Source of the DNA: Podarcis erhardii
Lineage: Eukaryota
DNA: 64,000 bases
Reading direction: 5' to 3' (one strand)
Assembly (NCBI GenBank): GCA_964252035.1
Contig: OZ176201.1
The translations under genes and the position numbers were made by a program. Shown here piece after piece: positions 49,704 to 60,560 of this stretch; position 1 is the stretch's first letter, and every line of letters starts with the position of its first letter. The notes under the pieces are model-generated. The model saw nothing but the letters and a program-made list of their open reading frames with translations. It had not been told where the DNA came from and made no database searches.

Positions 49704-50400
49704 TCTCACCCTCCCTCCCAAAGGAACTCAGGGTGGCAAACACTTCTTTGTTAAAAATTTAAAAACCTGTTTAAAATGTTTGAAAGCACTTTAATGCAAT
49801 AAAACACAATAAAACATCCATAACAGATTTAAGAACACATGTTAATCATGTGGCTGGATAGACCCACTGAAACAGGAAGATTTTCAGAATTAGAGTTCAG
49901 TAATGGTGTCTGCGTAATGTCAAGAGGCAAGAAGTTCTAAAGTACAGGTGCCGTCACACTAAAGGAATGACTTCTTACAAATGTGGAATAGACATTGTGT
50001 GGCCCTTGTAGAAGTGCAAGTTATGAAGATTGTTGTGAGTGAGTTAGGACGTATGGAGTCGGGCAATCTCTTAAGTAAACTGATTGCAAGGTGGTGAGCA
50101 CCTGAAATACTGATAATAACATCTGGATCTCAGTGCAGTAGTGACCTTGCTGGCAGTGCAAATATTTGAGCACAAATGCTGACACTTGTGTCAGCAATTG
50201 TGCTGCAGCATTTTGCATTAACTGTGGTTTCCAAGCCAAACACAAAGGAATCCCCATGTAGAGTACTTTGCCGTAGTCCTGTCTTTAAGTTACCAGTGCC
50301 TGAACCACTAGTCAAGCAGCCCCGGTCCAGGAACAGTCACTGTTGTCTTACTAGCTGAAGCCTGTGAAAAACACTCTTAGCCACCAAGACTAATGTTTTC
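49659..50400 (-). mobile_element. L2 3' ~740 bp with (TTTA)n/(AAAT)n tail
   Basis: Tail ATCTCACCCTCCCTCCCAAAGGAACTCAGGGTGGC; antisense ORF remnant KPQLMQNAAAQLLT resembling L2 KLQLVQNAAARLLT. Confidence 0.8.
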
Positions 50401-52543
50401 TTTGGACTTAACATTTTCTGCTTGCCAATTTACTGTCTGATTTGAATTTTCATCTTTGAGAGTCAACATTGTATCAGTCTGTCTTACAGAGATACCATCT
50501 TTTAGATGGCTCAATATTAAGGTATACCCTCATCTTGAACAAACACTTAATCTTGCTCTCTCTGTGTGTGTCTTGGTTACTTCATCTGTGAAATTGGAAT
50601 AATTAACCCCCCACAAGTGTACTCAGAATTAATGTTGGTAATGTTTGCGTGTAGTTTTGAAAATAGGAATAATTGTTAATAGGTCTCTATGTCTATCTTT
50701 ACTGATTTAAAGAATAAGGCATTTAACTCTTACACACTGGGGAACATGAAACTGTTTTTGCTGTTACAGTTAGACTTGAGCACTTAACATATGTGTCCTC
50801 CCTTAAAATCTATCCTTCCTCACTGACCCATCTTAACATATCAATAAATATGTCTCTGAGTGAATTCACTGTATTCCCATGATTGTTAAGTAGAAAAGCA
50901 TTTTTATATAATTACAAGCCTAATATCCCTCTTAAACACACCAACATTACCTATCCAGGGGGTTCTGAATGACTGTCTGTCTCCCTGAATTTAGCATTGA
51001 AATGTGAAAACCTTCATTTGCTAGCCTTAATAACATTAAACTTTTTTTGTTGACTCTTTTTATCAGGAACTTAATATCTCTGCATTAGAGGCAGAAAAGA
51101 GTGTATGGAATGCTAGGTACTGTGCACTATTTATTGCACTTCCTTGTTCCATTTGGGATTTTGGGGATTTCTGGTCCTTTGTCACCCTAGCTGAGAAGTA
51201 AACTGAAACCTTATGTACTAATTCAAAACAACGGCTTGATGTCACCTTCCTTAAGTACTTTGACTTGAACTCTGAGTTGCCTCCAGGGACTCTGATCCAA
51301 TGGAGGCTCTCAGTGGCAAAAAGAGGAGGTGATTTCTGCCTATTTTCCTTTCGCCCTGCATCCCCCAATCTTCCGGAGCAAATTTCCAGAGGCCCAGAGA
51401 GCTACATCCCCTCTCTTCCTGCCCTCACCTTCACCAGCAGGAGTACCTTGTGGGTGAAGCTCACACCAGTATATGCAAAGTCCACTTAGCACATACCATG
51501 TATTGCAGCCCATCAGCTCTTTGCCTGTCACCAGAGTGGTTAGTGGTGTGAGCAGGTATCTACCTCTCAGATAAACACCATTTAAGAAAGGTTGTGTGTC
51601 TCCTTATCAGCGTGGTTGGCTTAGGTGAACATGTAGAGCATTTTCTAGCCTTGAAAATACAAAAGTATTTCCCACAAAGGAAGTATCCTGTGTTTTCTTT
51701 ATAAAGACTGGAAATCCTGTTATAGGCTGAGATCCAAATAAGTACTTAAAGAGCCTGGGAGTGTCCACTAGGAGGTCAGTGGGAGCTCTTCACTTTAGCA
51801 CTAGCTGCTTTTGGAACATCCCCTTCCAAAGTGTTTTGCTACGTGATATGGCAAGCATTCTGTTGATATCCAGAATGGGTATTCTGCCAAGAAACAAAAG
51901 TCAAAAGCCCCTTGGACATGCAGAACTAGTTTCCCCTTGCTTTAAAAATCATGTTTTGTTTTTCAGTTAACACAGGGAGAGGACTTTGTGTATGTGCGGA
52001 GGTTAACTTTCTGCATCTTCCCTATAATATCATAAGGACATATGCGAGTTTATTCTTTCATCTATACTTCCATGTACAGTGTTCACTGAATTTGATGTTA
52101 TCTGCTTGAGTAGGCAATTAAATTCTGATTGGATTCCTTAATATTTTTCATAGATAGAAGAGCAGTCAGTTGCGGTGTCAGATATCTGTGCCAGGGTATC
52201 TCTCTGCCAGCTTTTATAAGCTTAGATGAATTGTCAACAACTTGTCTGCAAATAAGTACAACTGTTCCTCTGTCAAGAGGGTATGAGCAAAGCATCTGGA
52301 AATGTAGTAATTCAGAAAGAGCTACTAGTTTAAAAAAGCAAATAGGGAAAAACAGATCTGAAGAATAAGGCACCCAGCTTCAGCATTTTTAAAATAAATA
52401 TACAGTTTATATGAATTATGTATGAAGCATGCATGCATGTCTCTAAAACAAAGTCTGTATTCACTCTTATGCTTTTTAGAGTTGAATGTCCACCTCCCCC
52501 ATATTCTCTCTTTTCATTTCAATCCTGAAACAAGATTCTAGGC

Positions 52544-52824
52544 CAGGGGTCGGCAAAGTTTACTTTGCCTGGGCCAGTTCACTCCAGCGGAGATCCCTTC
52601 GTGCGCCGGATAGTGCACGTGTGAGCATGTGCGCCTGCAATTTCTGGTTTCTGCGTCTGCACAGATGCGATTTCCAGCACCGCAGAAGCGAGTCCCCACG
52701 CCGGTTTCGTGCCGCGCACGGGGACTCGCCAAGTGGGTGGCTCGGTTCGGGGATGGCTCGTGGGCTGGTTAAATTACCCCCGTGGGCTGCTTCTGGCCCA
52801 TGGGCCTTAGGTTGCCTACCCCTG
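52544..52824. mobile_element. hAT (Charlie-like) MITE, 281 bp, young
   Basis: TIRs CAGGGGTCGGCAA / TTGCCTACCCCTG (12/13); perfect 8-bp TSD TTCTAGGC on both sides; CpG-rich. Confidence 0.95.
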
Positions 52825-55557
52825 TTCTAGGCTTACTCAGTGGCGCAGGAAGTGATGTGCACATATGTTCTCAGATTCCACATAGAACGCTGGGTTGTAT
52901 GTTTGAAGGGTCCTCATGTGAAAATATTGGCTCTCTCTTTTGAAGGATAAGTTACTCACACACCAATGTTTTCAAGCAAAGCATCATCCTCCAGATGTGA
53001 AACCTGAAGTATGAGAGTCATACAGTGTCAGTTCGTGCACATTTGAGTATGTGAATTACCTCCTCCGGAAGTTTCAGCCATTTTCACCCTCCTACCCCAA
53101 AGTTAAAAAAAAAAGTGGGGTTTACAGGAGCAGCTACTTTCCAAAACAATTTACCAAATGGAACAGTCTCATTTCAGTAGTGAAAGCTGGCATAATATGA
53201 TATATATTCCATTTCAGTTGAAATATATTTCGACTTGGAAATTCTATGAAGTATGGGGACAGATTGTAAAAACACCCCCACCTTCTATTTGTTGCTAAAC
53301 ATGAAACACAAGCATTTGTACCTTCTTACTTTTTTTTCAGACAAACTAGATTTCTGTTGGGGCTGTTTGTTTTTAAGCAATATTCATTTCCTCCCCACTC
53401 GTCTTTGTTTAGTGCTTTTTAATTGTCAAAGTAGATTTCTTTCTTCAAAAGCTTTGAAACAACAGTTCTGGGATTTTTCAGATGATAAAAAAAAATTCTG
53501 GACAACTTCCCAGAAGAAAATTCCACTAATTGAAGCACACTGTTCTTTTACAATTAATATTTATAAGTGTATGCAGCATGTAAAGCAGCTTTGTAAAGTG
53601 TGTTACAAGAGTTTTAAAAATTAAGAATAAGTTAATTTAAAAGCTACATTGGATGATAGAAATGGGCTTAGTGGCTGCTCCTTGTGAAGATTAATTATGA
53701 GTGGTTGGAGCAGAGAAAGAGTTTACTTTTATTCCATAACTTCCTCTGCTCTTTTTAAAATCACGTTTGTTGGTTGTGTACTATTAAGGAGGCAGGACTA
53801 AGTTACTTGTGGCTGTCAGGCAGGTTATGCCATATCTGTGTGTGTGTGTGTGGCAGTGTTAATTCTCCTCAGAGTAGAGTCATTTAAATTAATACTAAAT
53901 GTACATTTAGATGAGAATTCATCAGAAATGACTGCAGCCATGGCAGTAGACTGGTTAGTTTGCTTCAGTTAAGAATATCACAAACAAAATGTCCCTTGCA
54001 GCTGCATGCTATGTTACATTGTTGTTGTTGTTGTTTATTATCCACTCTTTACCCTAAGATTCCAGGGCAAATTGCAACAGTTAGTTTTAAAACTCAATGT
54101 TACAATATGAAAAAAGAGTTTTAAACAACTTGAAACAACATTTTCCCCATTTCCTACGATCTCATCCATTGAAAGCCATATATAACATACAGTGAGTGTT
54201 TTGTGTTGGAGCTGCCCATTCCATATACTTGAAAAAAATAAATTATTGCAGCTCACTTCACACATAGTGTAAATACTTTTCCCTAACCAGAATTTATCCT
54301 CCTGTAAGAAAAACATTCATATATTAAAGTTATTGAAAAGTTAAATTATGCATCAATAAGTGACAGAAGTTTTAACAGATAGGTCAGACAGGGTGAGGTA
54401 GAGGTAAGCTAAACAAGGTTGTAGAGAAACCTTAATGCAGAAACCACTGGCACAGCTCGCTACTTGTGAGTAACAAACTTCTAAACTCCTGGAAGAAGTT
54501 TGAAATCTGAAACTATCTTAAATCCAGGAACCTGCACTTTTGCTCAGTCACTCTAAGCCATGGTTTTACTTAGTGCTACTTGTGAACTGGATCACTATGT
54601 TACACCAGGTCTTCATGTTACACTGGAATCAATAGGGAAATTGCTGGTATTCCCCATACTTTTTTTACTCGGAAGGTGACACTAGAAAACATGATGACAA
54701 TTTGTCAGTCTAATGCTTCTATTTCTTCGACATCTAAGCACTCCTTCAATGAAAATACCTTTTCTTATTTTCCTGCTTTCCAGAAGCAATCGATTTTAAG
54801 AATTTTTTAAGGCTTTTAAAAGAGTCTGTCTTTCATTGTATTTATATAGAGAAAGTTGTGCCAGAGATAGTTATCCTAAGTGGTTTCTAAGATGAAGTTA
54901 ATAGTTTGTGATATCTTTTGTTTAGGAAAGTGGATCTGGTGGTATTTATTTGTCAATCTTTCCTTTACCTTTTCTGTAAGATTGATGGGTACCTTATCTT
55001 GCCCTTTTATCTTTGCGTTTGGGGGATTTCAGCAATGCTGGAATTACAAACACATCTTGGCAGCTTTCAGATCCCCAGCAACAGGTTTGTATGCATGTGT
55101 TAACAAATGAGTCTCTGTGAAGTTGTCAGCTTGCATTTCTGACATAATGAAGATGAGAGAAAAGTGAGACCTATTTTGTTTAGTTCAGTTATCTTCATAA
55201 TGACTTGGAGCAGTACCTACTAGCTAACTTGAACAAGGGAGATTTTATACCGACTCCATTAAATCTATAGTATAGGAACTATGAAATAAAACAGAAATCT
55301 TCTCCATTTTTTTCTTTCAAGTATTGATCCACTGGCACTAATTTTATGCCTCTACCACTGGTCAGAGTTGCAAAGGCATTGAATGGTTGCATCTCCCACA
55401 CCTTTCAGGAAGATCACCACAAGAGAAACACGAGCCATCTGCTACAGAAGGAGCAGCTGCAAGGAAATGTGAAAAAGATCATTGCTCTATCAGTTGCCCT
55501 GGGATTGAAGTAAAGTTGACCCACAAGTTATGTTTAACTTGTGCACATTCAGCTAGC

Positions 55558-55592
<35 letters not shown>

Positions 55593-55594
55593 AT
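55558..55594. repeat. (TAAA)9 microsatellite
   Basis: Read directly. Confidence 0.95.
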
Positions 55595-58127
55595 GGAAGC
55601 AGGTGTTTGGGGGGAAAGACTTTGGTGATCTTACCCAGCATTGCACTATATGTGCTTTGCCAATATGCAATTTTGGCTTTATGCACTAACCCCAGAACAT
55701 AACCCCCATGTAAGTTGCAGGTCTACTGTTTTGTGTGGAAAAACTGTAGCCCCTGTCATTGGCCATAGGAAGAAGAGCCACTTATGTCCAAGCAAGAGGT
55801 GGAAACAGCTTGGTGTACTATTATATAAATGCCTGTTTACAATCCAGTATTATGTTCTGGCATTGCAAAACTAATCTCCCTACTCTGCCTCTTCCTTCTT
55901 CTCTCCTTTTGTTCTTCTTGATTTTTTTAGCTTATAAGCCTAACGGCATCCTAAATGAAGTGAGCCAAATGTGGTGTTAATCATAGGCCTTCTTTCAGAA
56001 TTTAATAGGAAAGGGAGTGTGCAGAAATTCTACATTCATTCAGTAGCAGTCTCTACAAAATAACCTTCCTAAATCATGGAAATGTTTCCTATGTTCATCT
56101 GTGTCAAGATCATTGAATCAAATTTAGTAGCAGGCACACAACAACTTTTGCTTTCATTCACTTCTGATGTCTGTGTTTCAAAGAGAAGGGTCTGATACGT
56201 TTTCTGCAAAGATTTCAAGTTAATTAAAATTTTCTGTTGGTTCCCTTTAAAGTGAAGATGAGATGCTGCTTTTAAGTTTACTCCTTGGAGAGTTTTAAAA
56301 AGGAGGATGATTAAGATGCCATGGATGATGGTGTCAGCTTTCAAGCACTGTAGTGTCTTAGATTATAAGAAACTAAACATCTTGGCTCTTGAGAAGCACA
56401 GATGCCTGAGGAAGAGAATGTGAAAACGTTTAGATCTTGCTTCATGGTAGAAATGGGGAAAACCCCACTGAAAAATGCACATCATACTTTTTCAAAAGCC
56501 ATCTGAATGGCTTTTGAAATGGAGGAAGGTAGTTAAAATAATATCATCCATTAAACTATGGATTGCAGATGATAGTTTCCTCAAGTTCCCATATGTTAAA
56601 AATGTGATTTGAGACTCTCCTAATGATATCAGCTATTAAATATTTTAAAGGGAAAGGGCCTACAGTCTGCTTTTATTATTATTTTTAAAAGGTAGGGATT
56701 GTTGTAAATCAAATTTATTTTTCCTGCTATGTTCTGCCTTGGAACTGTTGGACCATATTTCCGCTCTGTGCTTGCTTTGAGGTGCACTAAATATTAATAA
56801 ATGCCAGTGTCACTTTACACCTTGGTTTATGTTTCAGGCTTTTTATTGGTTGAATTATAGTAATCTCTAAGGGAGTATGTAGCTTTTCATTGCCTGGTTT
56901 TCTAACAGTTAACATGTTGCTTAACAGATAAAATGGCTGCATTAATGTTCAGTAATTTAAATAGGTATGTCTAGAAAAATTATATGGAAAAACCCTATTG
57001 TACAACATAGGTTAATAGAAAGAAATCATTTTCAGTCAACCCTTCATTTCAGCCAGAGCAAGTTCATTGTCAAATTTTAGCATGTAAAAAGTTTACAAGC
57101 TTTTCTACGTATGTAAATTGCCTGCTGTTATTTTGGCATGCTCAGGCATGTGCAACTATAATATTCTTTAATTATCAGCTTAGCCTATGTCAGTCTATTC
57201 CATCTGAAATCTAAAATTGTTCTGTTAATAATACAGTTAACATAAAATATAAAAGTAGCAGAAAGTATCAACTCAGTGTGGATGCAATGAGAATACATTT
57301 GCATATTAATACAGTTGAGTAGTTTGTACTGATTGGTATTGAGGTTTCTAACTTCATGAGGAAATGAGCTGTGGTGATTTAGTGTTCTCCATATTTTAAT
57401 GACACCAAACTGATAGGAAGCTGGATGAACAATTATGGACAAGATCCTGAAGTAGAATATGTGGAAAAAGTAATTTTGGAGCTCAGTCCTGTTCATGTCT
57501 TCTCAGTAATAAGCCCCATTATTGTGTTCTTTGGGACTTACCCTCAGGCAAGTGTTTATAGGATTGCAGCTTAAATCCACTTACCTTTTGAAAATAAAGT
57601 ACTAATCTGACACTAGGGACATGTTTGACAAATTAAACTAAAAAAAATATGAAAATTTATCCGGCTTTATTGTGTTATGGTGCAGGGACTTAACTACATA
57701 GAGATGGTATCTGATAGTACTTTTGTGGGATATCTGACTTTCAATACATGCTTTGTGCAGTTTTCCTCCCGCAAAAGTTTTTGGAAGTTTGAACAAAAAA
57801 TATTCAGTTTGACTAAATATTCAGTCAAAGGGGCAATTAAAAATAAGAAGACTGTATCATAGGGAAGTAATTTGCTTTTTAAAAAAACCAGCAGAGCCAC
57901 TCTCTGATCAAGAGTTCAGCAGTCTCTTTTCCACTCCAGCTCACCCCTCAAAGTTCATTGGGAAAGATGAAAGAAGAGGGGATGAATTCTCTCTTGCCAA
58001 CCCACATGGCTAGGTTTCACCCACTAGTGTGAACAGGAGGTACCAGGATGTAAATGCCCCAAACCCACTTTCTCCCTGATAGTTTAGAAAGTCAGCTGAT
58101 GTGTAGAGAGTCATTCCTCTTACAACT

Positions 58128-58175
<48 letters not shown>

Positions 58176-58591
58176 TTATTATTTGTACCCCGCCCATCTG
58201 GCTGGGTTTCCCCAGCCACTCTGGGCGGCTTCCATAAAAACCAGAAATACACTAAAATATTACAGATTAAAAACTTCCCTGAACAGGGCTGCCTTAAGAT
58301 GTCTTCTGAATGTCAGGTAGTTATTTATCGCTTTGACATCTGATGGGAGGGCGTTCCACAAGGCGGGTGCCACTACCGAGAAGGCCCTCTGCCTGGTTCC
58401 CTGTAGCTTTGCTTCTCGTAATGAGGGAACCGCCAGAAGGCCCTCGGCGCTGGACCTCAGCGTCCGGGCAGAACGATGGGGGTGGAGACGCTCCTTCAGG
58501 TATACTGGGCCGAGGCCGTTTAGGGCTTTAAAGGTCAACACCAGCACTTTGAATTGTGCTCGGAAACGTACTGGGAGCCAATGTAGGTCTT
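58128..58591 (-). mobile_element. Young 5'-truncated L2 LINE with intact ORF2 C-terminus and (AAT)n tail (58128-58175)
   Basis: Minus-strand translation KDLHWLPVRFRAQFKVLVLTFKALNGLGPVYLKERL...RTLRSS...QRAFSVVAPALWNALP...FRRHLKAALFREVFNL* with no interruptions. Confidence 0.95.
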
Positions 58592-58863
58592 TATAGCAGG
58601 AGGTCAATAAGCAATCTGCTTGGAATCACCCAACACACCTTCCCACCTCCTGTTTTTACCCTTAATTAAATAAGTTTTCACAAACAAGGCAAAGTATTTT
58701 GCCCCCATTCTTCTAAAATTATTTTTGTCTAAGTGTGTTTCAAAATAGCATTAGGAGAGGCATGCATTCCCACATTGCACATTTCCCTTGTGGAGATTTA
58801 GAACTAATCAGAATTTTCTATCGATCCTCTTTAAAGTGAAGATAGGACTTGTATCATGAACTA

Positions 58864-58969
58864 CCGTATTTTTCCGTCTATAAGATGCCCCCATGTATAA
58901 GACGCCACCTAATTTTTGATATTATTTTTTAGGCGGGGGGGACCTAGTCTTATACATGGAAAAATATGG
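58864..58969. mobile_element. Short Tigger-like MITE, 106 bp (CCGTATTTTTCC family)
   Basis: TA | CCGTATTTTTCCGTCTATAAGA ... TCTTATACATGGAAAAATATGG | TA. Confidence 0.85.
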
Positions 58970-59117
58970 TACTTTAAAGTTTGTATGTAGAGACTGCCAT
59001 TTTCTGTGAGCTGCTTTTATCCAGTGGTTCAAGCACAGCAAAAATTGCCATGGTGATGAAAGGCACTCACAGAAGAAATTAGCATGACTGACTGTTGCTT
59101 CATGGTACCATGCTTCA

Positions 59118-59434
59118 TGATATCATGGGCTGTCCCCAGAGTTCGCTAGATGACGTCGCGGGAGACCGCTGCCTCAAGAGAGCGAGGAAAACTCTTAGGG
59201 ACAATTCACACCCTGGCCAGCACCTCTTTAATCTCCTACATCCGGGCAGGAGATACAGAAGTATACTCAGCCACACCAACAGGTTAAAGAACAGTTTTTA
59301 TCCGTAGGCTGTTGGAAAAAAATAGTGGTGCAATTGACTTCCGACAAGCACACAGAGTGCGAACAAGACTGAGTGTATGGGGGGGGGGGCTTATTTAATT
59401 TCACTGCACACAGGTGGTGTAGTAACAATAAAGG

Positions 59435-59473
<39 letters not shown>
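59118..59473 (+). mobile_element. Rex1/Babar-type LINE 3' fragment with (TTA)n tail (59435-59473)
   Basis: Translates as IMGCPQSSLDDVAGDRCLKRARKTLRDNSHPGQHLFNLLHPGRRYRSILSHTNRLKNSFYP, matching the Rex1/Babar C-terminal D.SHP.H.LF.LLPSGRRYRSI...T.RLKNSFYP motif. Confidence 0.85.
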
Positions 59474-60339
59474 TCAGGAAGAAGGATTGGATTAAGCTGC
59501 ATTTCATATGTCTGTCTATCATCTAGCTATCTACCTATCATCTGCCTTAAAATTATGAAGAGCAGGGAACTGTGTAGCTCATCAGAGTGATGGTGCAGAC
59601 TTCCAATAGTTGCCCATGACACTCTTGTAACCACCCAATATTTCACTACAAATACTTACTGGAGGAAATCATGGCTTGTATCCAGTTAGACCTATTGAAA
59701 TTAATGGAACTGTGTATGTAAATGAATGTAAATAGGTATGTTTTGAGTATAACTAACACTGAATAGAATCCCATGTCTTCCCAGGAACTCAGATTTATCA
59801 TTTGAGTTTAAAGTAGCAGAAAAACAGAAACAGCATCTGAACTCAGTACGAGAGTAACCCCTGTGTTCTCCCTGTCCTTCCTCCCTCCAGAATGCTCCTT
59901 ATTTGGTAAAATGTTGTGGATCTTTGTCTGGTTAATAGAAAAGTGTTTCCCTCTGCCCCAGCACACATTAATTTAATCTGCAAGTTATCCTAATTGAGAC
60001 ATTAATCCTTTCATCACAGTTTATATTAATGCCACAAATAGATATAAACATGGCATAACTGTGAATCTGTAGCCTTCTATCTTATTGAGCATCTGTGAGG
60101 TCATTAATTAAGTCACACATTGGGGAGGTGAGAATATAGCAAAGCTTGACATTTTGTGACAAGGGGAGAATGGAGTATTAGCAAAAATGTTTTGCCACAC
60201 TCTTTTGTTTTTGCTGGAGAAGCAATCATTTAAACATTGTTACAGAGTGCCAATAGGTACATTTCTTTATCTTCACATGACCTCCTATTGGACTCTGCAT
60301 GGTTTAGAAAATGTATAGATCTTTTATTCATGTTCAGTA

Positions 60340-60560
60340 CAGTGGTACCTCGGGTTAAGAACTTCATTCGTTCTGGCATTTTTAACCTGAAACTGTTCTT
60401 AACCTGAGGTACCACTTTAGCTAATGGGGCCTCCCACTGCAGCAGCGCTGCCACAGCGCGATTACTGTTCTCATCCTGAAGCAAAGTTCTTAACCCAAGG
60501 TACTGTTTCTTGGTTAGTGGAGTCTGTAACCTGAAGCGTCTGTAATCCGAGGTACCACTG
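60340..60560 (+). mobile_element. Tigger-like MITE, 221 bp
   Basis: TA | CAGTGGTACCTCGG ... CCGAGGTACCACTG | TA (14-bp perfect TIR). Confidence 0.95.

Noticed and set aside
53895-53910. 16-bp perfect palindrome CTAAATGTACATTTAG
   Set aside because: About one is expected by chance, more in AT-rich DNA.
58057-58320. Poly-Ile ORF and similar homopolymeric peptides (14278 CVCV, 22.4-26.8 kb ORFs)
   Set aside because: Translations of microsatellites or of L2/MITE sequence, not host genes.
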